A DNA stretch of 64,000 nucleotides from Marsupella aquatica (taxonomy: Eukaryota > Plantae > Marchantiophyta), in the NCBI GenBank assembly GCA_973895155.1, contig OZ316898.1, forward strand, positions 4,464,480-4,528,479, read 5' to 3'. This document shows, one piece after another, positions 47,261 through 59,194 of this stretch. Each line of letters opens with the position of its first letter. Position 1 is the stretch's first letter. The position numbers and the translations under genes are program-made. The notes below the pieces were generated by a model. The model saw nothing but the letters and a program-made list of their open reading frames with translations, was not told where the DNA came from and searched no databases.

Positions 47261-48886
47261 CTAGTCCTCGTCTCCCCCTCCCTGTTGGGGCTTGGGGCCA
47301 CCTGCTTGCTTTGCCATAATAATTTGGTCCACCCGGAGTACGGTGCAAACGGCATCGGTGGAGAGCTTCAATGCCCAAAATTTAGTTACGTACTGATCCC
47401 AGATATCGTCTCTTATCAAATCCTTGCCTTCTTCAATATCCACTCCAGCCTTGTGGTTGCCCCCGGCGTGTGCACTGTATAGCGCTGAAAGGACATCCAA
47501 AGCATTCATACCAGCATTTTCGGAAAGAATACGCGCCACGACCTCAAGGCTTTCTGCAAACTTTAGAATGGCGTACTGATTGAGACCTGTTTCCTTAGAA
47601 CCCACCTCTTTCAATCTCACAGCCAGCTCTATCTCAGAAGCTCCGGCTCCAGGGACTAATCGGCTGTCTTTGCCCATGGCCTTAAAAGAATTCACGCCGT
47701 CGTCCACTGCTCTCTCGAAATCATCCAGTACACTATCAGTACTGCCTCTGAGAACTACGGTGGCCAGCGAGTTTCCGCCCGATTCATTCTTTGTCACCGT
47801 AACCCTAGTGCCTCCAATCTCTTCCACGGACACGGAATCCGCATAACCCAGCTCGTCGACGGGCGGGCGTTGTAGCTTCACTTGGGCTATAGCACCGGTT
47901 GTGCGACAGAAACGCCTGAGCTCAAACTTGGAGGAGATCTTCAGAACCATGAGCTTGTAGCGCTCACAGAAATGGAGAGCCATCTCACCAACACCACCAC
48001 CGCTGACGACAACAGTCGCACCAGACTCTGCAACTTCTTTGATTAGTGATTCAATTTTCGCCTCCTCCGAGGACGAATAGGATTCAAGCTGGGCTGCTGT
48101 CTTAATGAGCACAGTCCCTTTGGTTTCAGTAGCGGATGTATCGATTCCTGCTCCAAAGACTGCAATCTTCGCTTTGTAGGCGTGCTTAATGCTGCCCAGG
48201 GCATCGCTCTTCAGGACCATCCCAGCTACTACCGAACTATCACTAACACCCCCTCCTAGAAGCTTGGCAACTCGCACATTGTCCACATTGAAATTCATGG
48301 GATTCTTAGGGCACACCTGGATACATGCTTCAGCGATCAAGTTGCAAAGAGCCTCCTCCTGTCCATAGACCTTGCTGGCAACCACAGCAGACATCCTCTT
48401 CAGGACTTCCTCTATGTTCCTAACATCTGCATTGGCTGTGCCCGGCTCTACGATCTGCTCTAAAAAGTCCAAACCGTGAGCTAGGGCTTTGGCATATCCT
48501 GCAATGATCTCACTCGGGTGAAGACCATTTCTAATGAGCTCCTCTGCACCCTGAAGAAGCTCCCCAGCGAATGAGACCACAAAATTCACACCATCCCCTA
48601 CCTCTTCCTGCTGTGCTCTAGCGGCCAGTACGAGCAGCTTGGCCGCCGGGTGCTGAACTTCGAGCTCATTGATCATGGTACCCGCATCCGTGGTCACGAA
48701 GAGCTTCTCTAAATGGTTGATGATCATCTTGTTCATCCCATTGGGCCCTAGCGACGTGCGGGTGATCTTCGAGAGCTGCTTACATGCCTCTATGTTTTTC
48801 AAGACCGCCTCATCCAACCCTGACATGTATTTGTGCCCTTCTTTGAGCATGGATTGCATCCCGTAAGGCTGATTCATGTACGACAT
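47261..48886 (-). CDS. CCT8: T-complex protein 1 subunit theta (chaperonin CCT8), intronless CDS
   Basis: 541-aa ORF with PYGMQSMLKEGHK, TSLGPNGMNKMIINHLEKLFVT, QQEEVGDG, ETKGTVLI, SKFELRRFC, DDFERAVDDGVN and VDQIIMAK, all diagnostic of the theta subunit. Confidence 0.97.
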   Translation of the reverse strand: MSYMNQPYGMQSMLKEGHKYMSGLDEAVLKNIEACKQLSKITRTSLGPNGMNKMIINHLEKLFVTTDAGTMINELEVQHPAAKLLVLAARAQQEEVGDGVNFVVSFAGELLQGAEELIRNGLHPSEIIAGYAKALAHGLDFLEQIVEPGTANADVRNIEEVLKRMSAVVASKVYGQEEALCNLIAEACIQVCPKNPMNFNVDNVRVAKLLGGGVSDSSVVAGMVLKSDALGSIKHAYKAKIAVFGAGIDTSATETKGTVLIKTAAQLESYSSSEEAKIESLIKEVAESGATVVVSGGGVGEMALHFCERYKLMVLKISSKFELRRFCRTTGAIAQVKLQRPPVDELGYADSVSVEEIGGTRVTVTKNESGGNSLATVVLRGSTDSVLDDFERAVDDGVNSFKAMGKDSRLVPGAGASEIELAVRLKEVGSKETGLNQYAILKFAESLEVVARILSENAGMNALDVLSALYSAHAGGNHKAGVDIEEGKDLIRDDIWDQYVTKFWALKLSTDAVCTVLRVDQIIMAKQAGGPKPQQGGGDED

Positions 48887-49139
48887 TGCGAACTCCTCTT
48901 CGGATCGCCGTCCTCAATAAAGAAAATAGCCCTAAAGAAGAGTAAATCTCCTTCCCTGCAATTGGCAACAACACCACAAACTCTTAATTCGCAGAAGAAA
49001 GACCGGCACCGTGCCAGATCAACAGGCCACTCAAGATCGACAATGCAGAGCTTAAGAAAGGGGACAAGATGACAGGGCCACGGAATCGAAACAGACCCGT
49101 GACTGCACAAAGAAAGAAGGCTCAGAGAAGGTTCACAAC

Positions 49140-49570
49140 CTTGTAATTCGCCGGAGATAAACCTCAGAAGACGACTGAAGACAGGGGCGTACGAGAATCC
49201 GATGAGGTCGGACTGGAGAAAAGTTTTACGGGACCGATATTTCGGCGACAAGGAAGCACTGGAGGAATGGATCCTTTGAGAAGAAGCTCCGCAGAATTCG
49301 GATGAACACGTTAGGGTTGGATTGGAGAGCGTGGGAAGAGTTGCAGTTTTAGAAGTAAACTAAAACTCCTCGCAATTCGCCGGGCAGAAACCTCCGAAGA
49401 CGAATGAAGACAGGCGCGAACGAGGATCGGATGGGATCGGACAGGAGAGGAGTTTTACGGGGCCGAGATTTCGGTGACGACGAAGCAACGGAGGAATCGA
49501 TTCTTTGCGAAAAAGCTCAGTTCGGAGAAATCTCGTTAGGGTTGGATTGGAGAGCGCGGGAAGAGTTTGA
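49140..49570. repeat. Tandem duplication of about 230 bp in the CCT8 leader/promoter
   Basis: aattcgccgg...gaagacga.tgaagacagg...agttttacggg.ccga.atttcgg...cgttagggttggattggagagcg occurs twice. Each copy has a telo-box-like aaccctaa on the minus strand. Confidence 0.85.
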
Positions 49571-50009
49571 GGGCGCAAAAAACCAGGGGAAGGGAAGGAG
49601 AGCTCATGCGAGTTACTGCAAGACGACCCAACCGGTGAATTGAAAGAAAGGTACTACCGTAGTGCCATCCTACGGTAGTTCGCACAAGATGTGCACCTAA
49701 TATTACTACAGTAGCTCAATTACCCCTTAACGTAAATAGATATCAAGAAAAACATCTTGCACAATAAAATTTATATCCTATTTCTTTGTCTCACCTTTGT
49801 TTTTGTTCATCTTCATTTCAGTCTTGTTTTTATTTAGAGTCAATGTCACTTTTGTCTTACACTCATTCTAAAATTTGGTCAGTACATTTTTCCCATTCAA
49901 GATCATGGAGCAATAACTAGCACCTTAGAGTAAAGACGTTAGAGTAAAGAAGTGAGTGGCATATGGAAAAAGGGAGAAAGTTTGAACAGTTCCCCTTATA
50001 TATGGGCAA

Positions 50010-50822
50010 CTGTGGTTTATAAGATTTTTTTAATATTTGCAGAATGGCGCTATGGTACAATCATAGGAAAATTGGCAGACCTCATGGTGGAGAACAACTC
50101 TAATTTGGTCATTTGGACATGGACATATGACTATGGCCTAGACACAGGGTATTGGGTTGACAGTATGGGGAGACATCATTGGGGGAGCAAAAGGGGAGGG
50201 GAGGTGTGCAAGAGAAAGTAGTCACAGTTGAGTGGCATGAGCACAGAAAAAGTTATACCAACCCCATCACCAAGTAGAGTTTGCTCACAAAAAGCTGAAC
50301 TCATCTAACTAATTTGTCACACCATTCTAGGTAGTGTTAGAGTGTATCATACTATCTAGATCCGTATGTTTGGTATGTGTGCTATATGAGCCGATAAAGT
50401 TCCGTTAGGTTTGTGTGAGAGGGTACTTCTCACTTGTGAGGCATTGAAAGGTCATCTTTCAATGTTGAGCCTTGGAGAGAGAGGAGCTTGAGTGGCTATG
50501 GTGGCTGTGAGCTCCGCTTGTGTATCGTGGATTCCTTGAGTAGTGCAAGGTGCGTTGACTTGACATATGTGTGTGATCAGATCAGTGCGAGATCGATGGG
50601 GTATTGTTGACCGGGATCGTTGTGCCGATTATATTGAGATTATTGTGGGTTTTGGACATGTGTGGACATAAGTTCCACTTGTATTCCATTCTCTTATGTT
50701 TGTGATGTGACAATATGACTATGTTTGGATGTATGTGACAAGCGATGTATGCTGGTAGCAATGTGTATGCGCACGACAAATCAAAGCACGATCAAAACTA
50801 CTTCCTAGGCCTACTGTCTACA
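50010..50822. mobile_element. Possible solo LTR or LTR remnant
   Basis: TG-rich non-coding block with candidate TG...CA ends. No matching TSD, PBS or PPT found, so the call rests on composition only. Confidence 0.2.
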
Positions 50823-53416
50823 ATGAAATATCTAGACCATAACTCTAAATGAGGGCATAAATGTAAGTGAAAGTGCAAATAGTGGCAAAGATGCACAGGA
50901 AATAAGCACCAATCCCTCTTTTCTTCATAAGTGTTGTTTTTTTTGTCTCCTCTCCTCTCCTCTATCTTTGTTCAAGGAATGCTTTATCAGGCTAGTTAGT
51001 TTGAATATCAAATGTACTTCTTGAATAACACAATTGAACATGGTATAACCGTGGTGAAGAAGAGAGTCGGGAGGGGCAGGCCTTGGGAAAGGGCCCGGAA
51101 GGTTCAAGGGGAGGTAAAGGAAAGAAAATGTGAGGGTAAGAGGGGAGAGAAAGGACACAAAAGAGTAAAAGTAGTTCCAATTTATTTTGATTTTTCATCC
51201 TCTGGTCCCTTCCCAACAAAGTTCTTGCCCCCTCTCCCCTGCATCATTGCCACCACCATCCTCTCCCAAGCCAAAAACCCCACCAAGAAAAACTCCACCT
51301 AGCCTACCTCCCAATTCCCTTGAGCCTTCCCTCCACTACATTTCTCCCACTCCCAATACCATTTTAGATGGTGTTTGAAATGTTTGGGGGTGCTTTTACC
51401 AGAAAAAGAGTCTAAAGAGAGAGAAAATATTTAAAAGTTGACAAGAAGAATCAAAATACCCCAACTGATTAGGATACTCTGAGGTATGATTCGCACACAT
51501 TTGAGGTACTTTGAAAAAGATTTTCACTTGCTTACTCAGTTGAACAAAAGTTTTCTAACATAAAGACATTCACCTAAGTTATTTCAAAGTAATTGATCAG
51601 TAGTCCATAACATTTTGCCATGAAGATTGGTCATACAATATTTTCACTCTAAAATATATTTTACATAACCTTGTGAAAAAGTCATGGTCGTGTTGTGTAT
51701 GGAGAAAAGCCATAGTCCCTAAACACTGAAGTTTTGAGAGGCCCTAATCTGTCACTGCTGGTAATCACACATCAAAATGGGGTGGCCCTAATTTGTCCCT
51801 GCTGGTAATCACAAATCAAAATGCTGTAATATTATAAGTGTGTACTCACTGATCTAAAGAAAATAAAAACTTTTATGATATGGTGTGCACTCACTCATTT
51901 AAAGAAAATAAGGATGTTTATTGGCTGAATTCAGTTCAGCTTTGTGGTGGGAGCCCTAAAATGCTTCCAAATCTTTTTTTTGTGCATATTATTTTGCGCA
52001 TATGATTCTGAACAATAATAAAAGAGAAGGCATTTGGAACAGTTTTGTGATGAAACCTCTTTGGTGGGGCGAATGGTAGTTTATATGTCATATTTTGATG
52101 GACCACCCCTAATTTGTGATTATGGATGGACTGTCCCACCACCTTTCTACAAAAATATAATAGAGCACAGTCATACTTTGCCGACACGTACCCCACTTTA
52201 GGTGGCGCGTCGACTGATAGTTGGGCGCCACCAGTTTTTCGTCTCGAGCTTTCAACGAGCAAAAGCACTTCGCTCAAGAGTCACCAATTTGCCATCCTAG
52301 TGCCATGGGGAAACTCAATTCTGGACATTTTGAAGCGCAGGAATTGCTGCTTCTGGTCGTTCCTTCTTGCCTCTCGAGGCGCAGCGATCGGCACCTCTAA
52401 TAACATCATCCAATGTTCCTCCGAGGGACGGACGTTATCGACTGCTGACGAAGGTTCGGTTCTTTTTTCAACGAATTGTGGACTGTGGCTGCCGGGGGCT
52501 GTGTAATGTCGCTGCCCCTGCATGTTGTGGATTGTGTTATGTGCCGAGATCGTGAGTTCTTGTGTGCAAAATTCTCAGGTTTTGACGTTTTGGATACAGA
52601 TACTTTCGGACATTTTCGGCGGTAGAGACTGGTTTTAAACAGCGCCGTGTCGTTGGCGCCTTCTTGCCGGTAAGTCCTGTGGATCCGACGAATTTGTGAG
52701 CTCTGTCTGCCCGCAGCTCGAGCAATCGAGAAGTTTTGAATCTTGGATTTGAAATTTTTGGTCGAAGAGGTTGTGACGGAATTTGTTCATATTCCAGAAG
52801 AGCTAATGTAGTGGTTAAGGTAATGTACACGTCGATGTTGAGGAGGTAATGCTCCATAATTATGTAGCTGTTAGCGCCTTCGTTTGCTTGCGCTGGTTAG
52901 CTGGATTACCGCAGGTTCATAGAATTGTTGCACTTTGACCTCAATAATGTAAATCATCGTCGGCGATGTTTTGCTGAAGATCTTGACCGTCGAGTTGAAG
53001 CGGCCGTGGTCTTGGCCTCCACTTTTGGCTCTGCCCGCCTCGCTCACAGATAGGAATTGATTAATTAGCATGCAGGATACATGATACTGGACATTCGTTT
53101 GGCAGGTGACGGCTCTTCTGCTTCCCTTGTACTGCTACACAGAACGACGATATTGGTTCACCTTCAATTTAACCTCCGCGTAGGTGCACCAAATTTGTGC
53201 ATTTTGATTTGAGTGGCTTGCTTCGGGGATTGTTCTTGCGGCTAAGGATCCGAGGTGCTCTGGTCCCTTGTAATTGGGAGCATCAGAGCGGTTGGGACCG
53301 AGTTCGTCAATTCTGTGCATGTTCTAAGGGTTCGGGCCGTTTCTTGTGTTTCTAGGCTGGGAGGCAGCGTGTTCTGGCCGCTCTCGTCTTAGAGTGAGTT
53401 CAGGTATAAAGCAAGG

Positions 53417-56400
53417 ATGGCGTCTTTGGCCGGCCGGGCATCTAGAGCAGGGCACACGCTGGGAACCAAGCTGCGCGCAGCGAATGCTGCCCCAGTAGCT
53501 GGTGCAGCAGCTGTATCGCAGCGTTATTATAATGCCGAGGCATCTTCTTCCTCTTCAACATACTTGGAACCGGTACCTGGACTACGTGTGAAAAAGGAGT
53601 TGACATTTGCTGCTTTCACTGCTTTCGTGGGAGCAGCGGCTTGCTACTCTGCTTGGCGTTTTTCGGTACGTAATGTATGATTTTCCGTGCTTTTGAGTCA
53701 TAAAATCTCCAGAAACGTAGCGGTCCGTTAACTTCAAGGACTCGAATTACATCTAAGGTCTCAAGTGGATATTTTTTGTATGAGAGAATTTTTTTGTCGG
53801 AGTATTTCTGCTGGAGGGTGTTAGAATTCTAGTTTAGGCTGGTAATTCATAATTGCGGAATTGGATAATCCTTTCTTTTTGACAGAGTTGTGAATGATCT
53901 CAGTTTATTTTGGCTGTTATCCAGCCCTCGTCCCACCCGGTGTATTTCGAAGGACTCAATCGAGGAGGTCAGTATGCCTCCAATGTAACAATTCACAGGA
54001 TGCTACTTCGATTCAGTGATTAGCAACCAACAATGGTCTTCTACTGTATGAAGTCACAGTTTACATACCCTTCGCATGTCAAATGCGTCCTGCCTAGTAC
54101 TGCTTTGGCATCTTTCTACGTATAATGGTACGCTGCAGAGGTCGGAACTGCTACTGAAGTGGCAGTTCTATTAGTTTTTTAATGCTGTTGTGCAAAGACA
54201 CTAGCGGCAGAGTAATACGACTTTTTTGGAATTGGCAGCTTTAGACCCAAATGCGTGGGTGGAGCTGAGGTTGGCAGAGACCGAACAACTTAATCACAAC
54301 ACGAAGAGATTCAGGTAAGAAAACGATAGTCCCTTGTTTCCCTCACAAGATGCCGGATCGCAATATATCCAGGACAGTTATGCGCAAACCTCAACGGTTG
54401 CTCAAATTCTGTCGTCGAAGAGGTGGAAGCGATGTCCTACAGCACCGGAGCGACAAAACATCTTTTGCCGATACTCCTGGTCGAATGATGTCAGAACAGA
54501 GAACTTAAAACATTGAGCAACCGGTGAACTATGGGTTCACTGTTTCCCTCTCTGGCCTAGAATTTGTCCTCGAGCTGAATAAGTCAGTTGTCTGATATCG
54601 TCCCATTCCTTAGGTATCCATAAAAAAAACATGAAGCACGATATTAAATAACTGCACTAAGAAGTCTCCTTTAAATAGCATTTATTGAATTTTGTTTTCA
54701 GCGATTAATCAATTGTCTGTGGATAAAGCTAACTATCAACTTACCCTGAGACTCTGGGTGTTCTATGTGAATTGGTGAACCAATCAGGTTTGCGTTCGAG
54801 GAGCCAGAAGCCGTGTCTGGCCTTAGTGTAGCATCTTGTTTGCTCACTAGGTCAGTATGACTCCTTTCTCTAGGAGAAAAGGCAATGGCATCTTTAAGAT
54901 TTTTAGCAATCATCCAGAAATGATCTCGTACTTTTTTGGGTCTCATAGATTGAAGGATAACAATCTCTCAGAAGGTTTAAATCTGCAAAGATTTACTTCA
55001 GGGTTCCGCTGTTCTCACCTTATCAACTGCATCTTGTGTGCAGGGCTCCGACTGGAAATAAAAACAAGGATGGAAAGCCCAGTTATGTTATGCGCCCGTA
55101 AGTCACTGCCGTACGATTGCTTCTTGTTTCTTTTCCTCTATAACGGGACATCGTGGCTACATCTCATACACCGGGTCACCTTTAATCACTCTAACTAGCA
55201 AGGTGCAAATGTAAGGTGTATTGTCTTACCGCATGTTAAGTTGAGTAGATATCATAATTGGTTATATCCTGTGAATACGCTTGTGATTTGCAGATATACA
55301 CCTGTGACGGGTCCTGATGTCAAAGGCTACTTGGATTTGGTTGTGAAGGTAAAATTTGGTCTACTGAACCTCATTTCAGATCTCGTGGGCGCAGAATATT
55401 TAATTCCGGAATTGCTTGTCTGAGTATACCATTGCCGTAGGTTTTTTCTGTGCACGCTATCCGGTTCAAGGGAGTACTTTCGTTGCACAATTTACACCGG
55501 GTTCTGTTTCTTACGAACTTTTCTTCACCATTCTGTGGCATTAAATGTACGACAAGACGTATTTTTTGTAGATATATCCTCAAGGGAAGATGACGCAGCA
55601 TCTGGCAAAACTAAGGGAGGGGGATACTTTGGAAGTGAAAGGGTAATCACCTCTTTTGGCTGACTCTAGTCTGGACATTATTCTTGTTTACGTGACGGTC
55701 TTGGAGGCCGGATAGGACTCTCTTCGGTTGAGATTGCTTCACTGGTTCTACTCATGCTTTCTTGACGTCTTGCTCTTGTTACTGCCAAAGTCTGAACAGT
55801 TTATCGTTAATATCTGCATTGTATAGGTAAGTCTTTAACCTGTGCGACTGCTTGTCACATTTTCTGGCTTTCCATGGTGCGCGTCTGCACCTGAAAGGGT
55901 ACCAGCATACGCTTAAAGTGAGTAGTCTCCGGTGGTGAGAGCTGCTAATTGGCAACATATCTTGTTTTAACACTATCTGGTATTGAGGTTACACAGGCCC
56001 ATTCCCAAGATTCCCTACGCTCCAAATATGAAGAAGAGGATTGGCATGGTAAGCTGAAACCAAGTGCCAGTGTTGACATTTCAAAATCAGAGTTCTATAT
56101 GTTTTACTAAATTTCTGATCGAACCACCAGTGAATAGCAAAGTTTGTTGATTACAGGTAGCTGGCGGGAGTGGCATCACTCCAATGTTCCAGGTTATTCA
56201 AGAAATTCTTTCAAATCCTGATGATGACACTCAGGTATTGCTTCACGGGATTCTTGACTTTGTAAAGCTGTCACTGTTCGTTATGTTTCCACCGTTATTC
56301 GAGAATTCCTCTAATCCAATTACTAAGATACCTTTGGAGACTTATTGAATGTGGGTAGTCCAACCTTATATATATATTTTTGCAATGCAGGTGACTCTCA

Positions 56401-57636
56401 TCTATGCAAATAACACGCCGGATGACATACTACTAAAGAACGAACTTGATGAACTGGCGCAAGTCCATCCCAATTTTAAGGTAATGTCTGCCTTCCGAGT
56501 CTACTATAAAGGAGGTCACGATCGAGCAATCTTTTAAATCAAATGCTTATGCTTAACTAAACCATGCTACTTCTGATCGACTTACAGGTACACTATGTAG
56601 TAAGTTACCCAACCAATGATTGGAAAGGAGGAGTTGGGCATATCAATTTTGATAAGGTTATCAAGGGCCTCCCCGCGCCCTCGTCTGATACGCTCATTTT
56701 TGTAAGTGTGGAAAAATCCTTGAGTGTGAACTCCTTTTGTTTGTATGAAATTCCATTCATTATAATGATAGAACGGCATTTTGGTTGAAAGTAAAGATTT
56801 TGGTAACGAAAAGAGGTTATCGAAGTACATTTTGTAGTCAGATGTCAATAATGATAGGGCTGTGGAACAGGTTTGCGGAACCCCTGGGATGATGAATTCA
56901 GTTTCTGGTGATAAAGCTTCCCCGAAGGATCAAGGCGAGGTATGTATCGTCTTGTTGGTACAAATCCTTTTTGCCTCTGGAGTGTTGTGCAAAGGTAGAT
57001 TAAGAGAAGCATTCGAGGAAGACTTAATAAGATGAGCATTCGAGGAAGATTTAAAATTGAAAATCCTAGGTATTTGCCTCTGGAGTGTTAAGCCAAGAGA
57101 AGTATTCGAGGAAGATTTAAAATCCAGGTGTTTCTGCTAGACTTAAATCAGATTGCACCATTTGTTAGACACACAAACAAGTGGGTTGGAAGTAGGATTG
57201 ATATGACGGAAGACTTGAGAGCAAACGTTGGGTTCTCGAGCATTACCTTTCACTGAAGTCCACTTGCACAGTTGGCAAATTTCCCAACAGTGGAACAACG
57301 AGGTCTTTGCCACCTTTTAGTGAAAACTTTCTTAAAAGCAGTTGCTGTCTGCCCAAGAAGTAGAGTGCCTCGGCTTAATCAGTTGAATCAAAAACTCGAT
57401 AACATCTTTGACAGAAATGTTCAACGATAGGCAGGACATAGTGTGATCCCTCACAGATACCAATATAAGTTATGCCAAGGAAGACAAAGTAGAAAAATAG
57501 TGTGATCCTTCAAATACCAATACAAGTTATGCTATGAAAAAGAATCTGACGAGTTGCATGTCTTGCGTCTGTTTTACAGTTGAAGGGGCTACTAAAGCAG
57601 GCAGGTTATACTGCAGAGCAGGTGTTCAAATTTTGA
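53417..57636 (+). CDS. CBR2: NADH-cytochrome b5 reductase, mitochondrial CBR2-like (13 exons, about 356 aa)
   Basis: join(53417..53665,53925..53967,54239..54314,54788..54850,55044..55097,55294..55348,55572..55642,55997..56048,56157..56234,56391..56480,56588..56701,56871..56939,57580..57636) = 1071 nt. FAD motif RPYTP, GKMT, NADH motif GMVAGGSGITPM, YAN..PDDILLK, VCGTPGMM and C-terminal VFKF. N-terminal presequence plus membrane anchor. Confidence 0.93.
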
Positions 57637-58634
57637 AGAGCCTGAGTCACGGATTAAATCCTCCGTCTCTTCCAATCCCCTGTTCTAATTGTTTAGCATT
57701 TTCGTAAATCGAAACCCTTGTACAATCCTGTTTAACACGTCTGCAAATTCGAGGTCATCATTTGGATATGAACGGCATCAGGAACATATGGCGCATCTGT
57801 GAAACACGCAGTTGCAGAGGGTGAAGCAAGCATAATCTGCTTGTCACTCACTGTGGATGACTGATGACACCTACTCTTAGACACGGATCTGGCTAGTCTT
57901 GTGATCTCTCGAGTGTTTTTTATGTAATGATCAGCACCCATCGTACTTCTCCGTATGAGAATCGATTTGGGGATTGCCGTGGTCCCATTCAGCGACGAAC
58001 AAAGCAGGCACTTGGCAAGGCCTGACTAAGGCCCATCAGGCCATCATCAAAATAATGTTGCTATGGCGGTAGCTCCCCCTTTGCATCCCTGTTGATTGTA
58101 CCTGAGTATGTGCAAAAACCTGGCAAGCTGGAAAACCTTGAGTGTACAAATCTGTGAACACTACGTCGCGATTGTAAGCTTCAGCTTGCCACAGTGTTCT
58201 TTTGTCAAAGAGTTGCTGCTGCTACACACGTATTTTCCTTCGCTAAAATCTCCCCAAACATGTCTGTCATCCAATATTCAAAGTAAAGGATGCGTAAGCA
58301 TCCGCGCAGAGGTTCTTGCAAACTCAGATGTGTTCATGCGAGTTACTCAGTGGTATTCAAACTTTTGGGTCTCTTGAGGGGAAAGCACTCATACAGTGCA
58401 TTGTTGCCATGCGTTTCTTCAGTTTTCCAAATCAATAGCTTCCACTAAATCATCCACTTTTTCGAAATGAGAGTGGAGTAATCTCTCACCTGTAGATCTA
58501 TATCTGAGGGCCAACCACTACATAGATATAATCTATAGGTGAAGACGGTTAGATTCTGGTTTTTATTCATATCGTAACACCTAGTGGGCCATAACACCCC
58601 AAAAAACAAATGCTATGCGTAAGTTTAGAGTGAC

Positions 58635-58965
58635 TAATATTGCCCATAATGCATCCCTTTGTAGGAGGCAGCTAATACACTTAAAGTTGAAAGGGTAGGC
58701 TGTTATTGCCCATGATGCCCTTGTAAGAGGAAGCTAATACACTTAAAGATTGTAACTTCTTAAAGGAAAGCTAGTAAACCTAGAAGGCCTAAAAGATTTT
58801 GTATTCTTACTGTTTCAGTATAGTAGTGAGAGTTTAGTAATGTACTAACCCAAATTTCATACTATTTTATTAAAAGTAATGTATTGCCCACAAGAGCTAA
58901 TGCATTTAAAGGCTAGGCTATTATTGCCCATAATTCCCTTGTAATAGGATGGTCGTACACTGAAA
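58635..58965. repeat. Degenerate repeat of about 70 bp, about 4 copies
   Basis: tattgccca...agctaatacacttaaag recurs. Confidence 0.6.
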
Positions 58966-58973
58966 TTGTTATC

Positions 58974-59194
58974 GGTTTTTGAACATTCTGTAACAACTGA
59001 TTGTTGTGATTTTGCAATGACCTTCTAACTAATGATCGTTACTGATTTTAACTATGAGATTTAACTAAGGCTGTCTCGTTGGTCTATCGTGGGATTGTTG
59101 GGAGTCAGGAATCAAGACCATAGTAACAGTTGGAGGGAGTAGTGAAGGTCATTGCAAAATCACGACTATCAGTTCTTACAGAATGTTCAAAACC
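58974..59194. mobile_element. MITE-like element or long hairpin with terminal inverted repeats of about 50 bp
   Basis: ggtttttgaacattctgtaacaactgattgttgtgattttgcaatgaccttc (58974-59025) matches the reverse complement of 59144-59194 (ggttttgaacattctgtaagaactgatagtcgtgattttgcaatgaccttc), with 3 substitutions and 1 indel. Confidence 0.75.
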
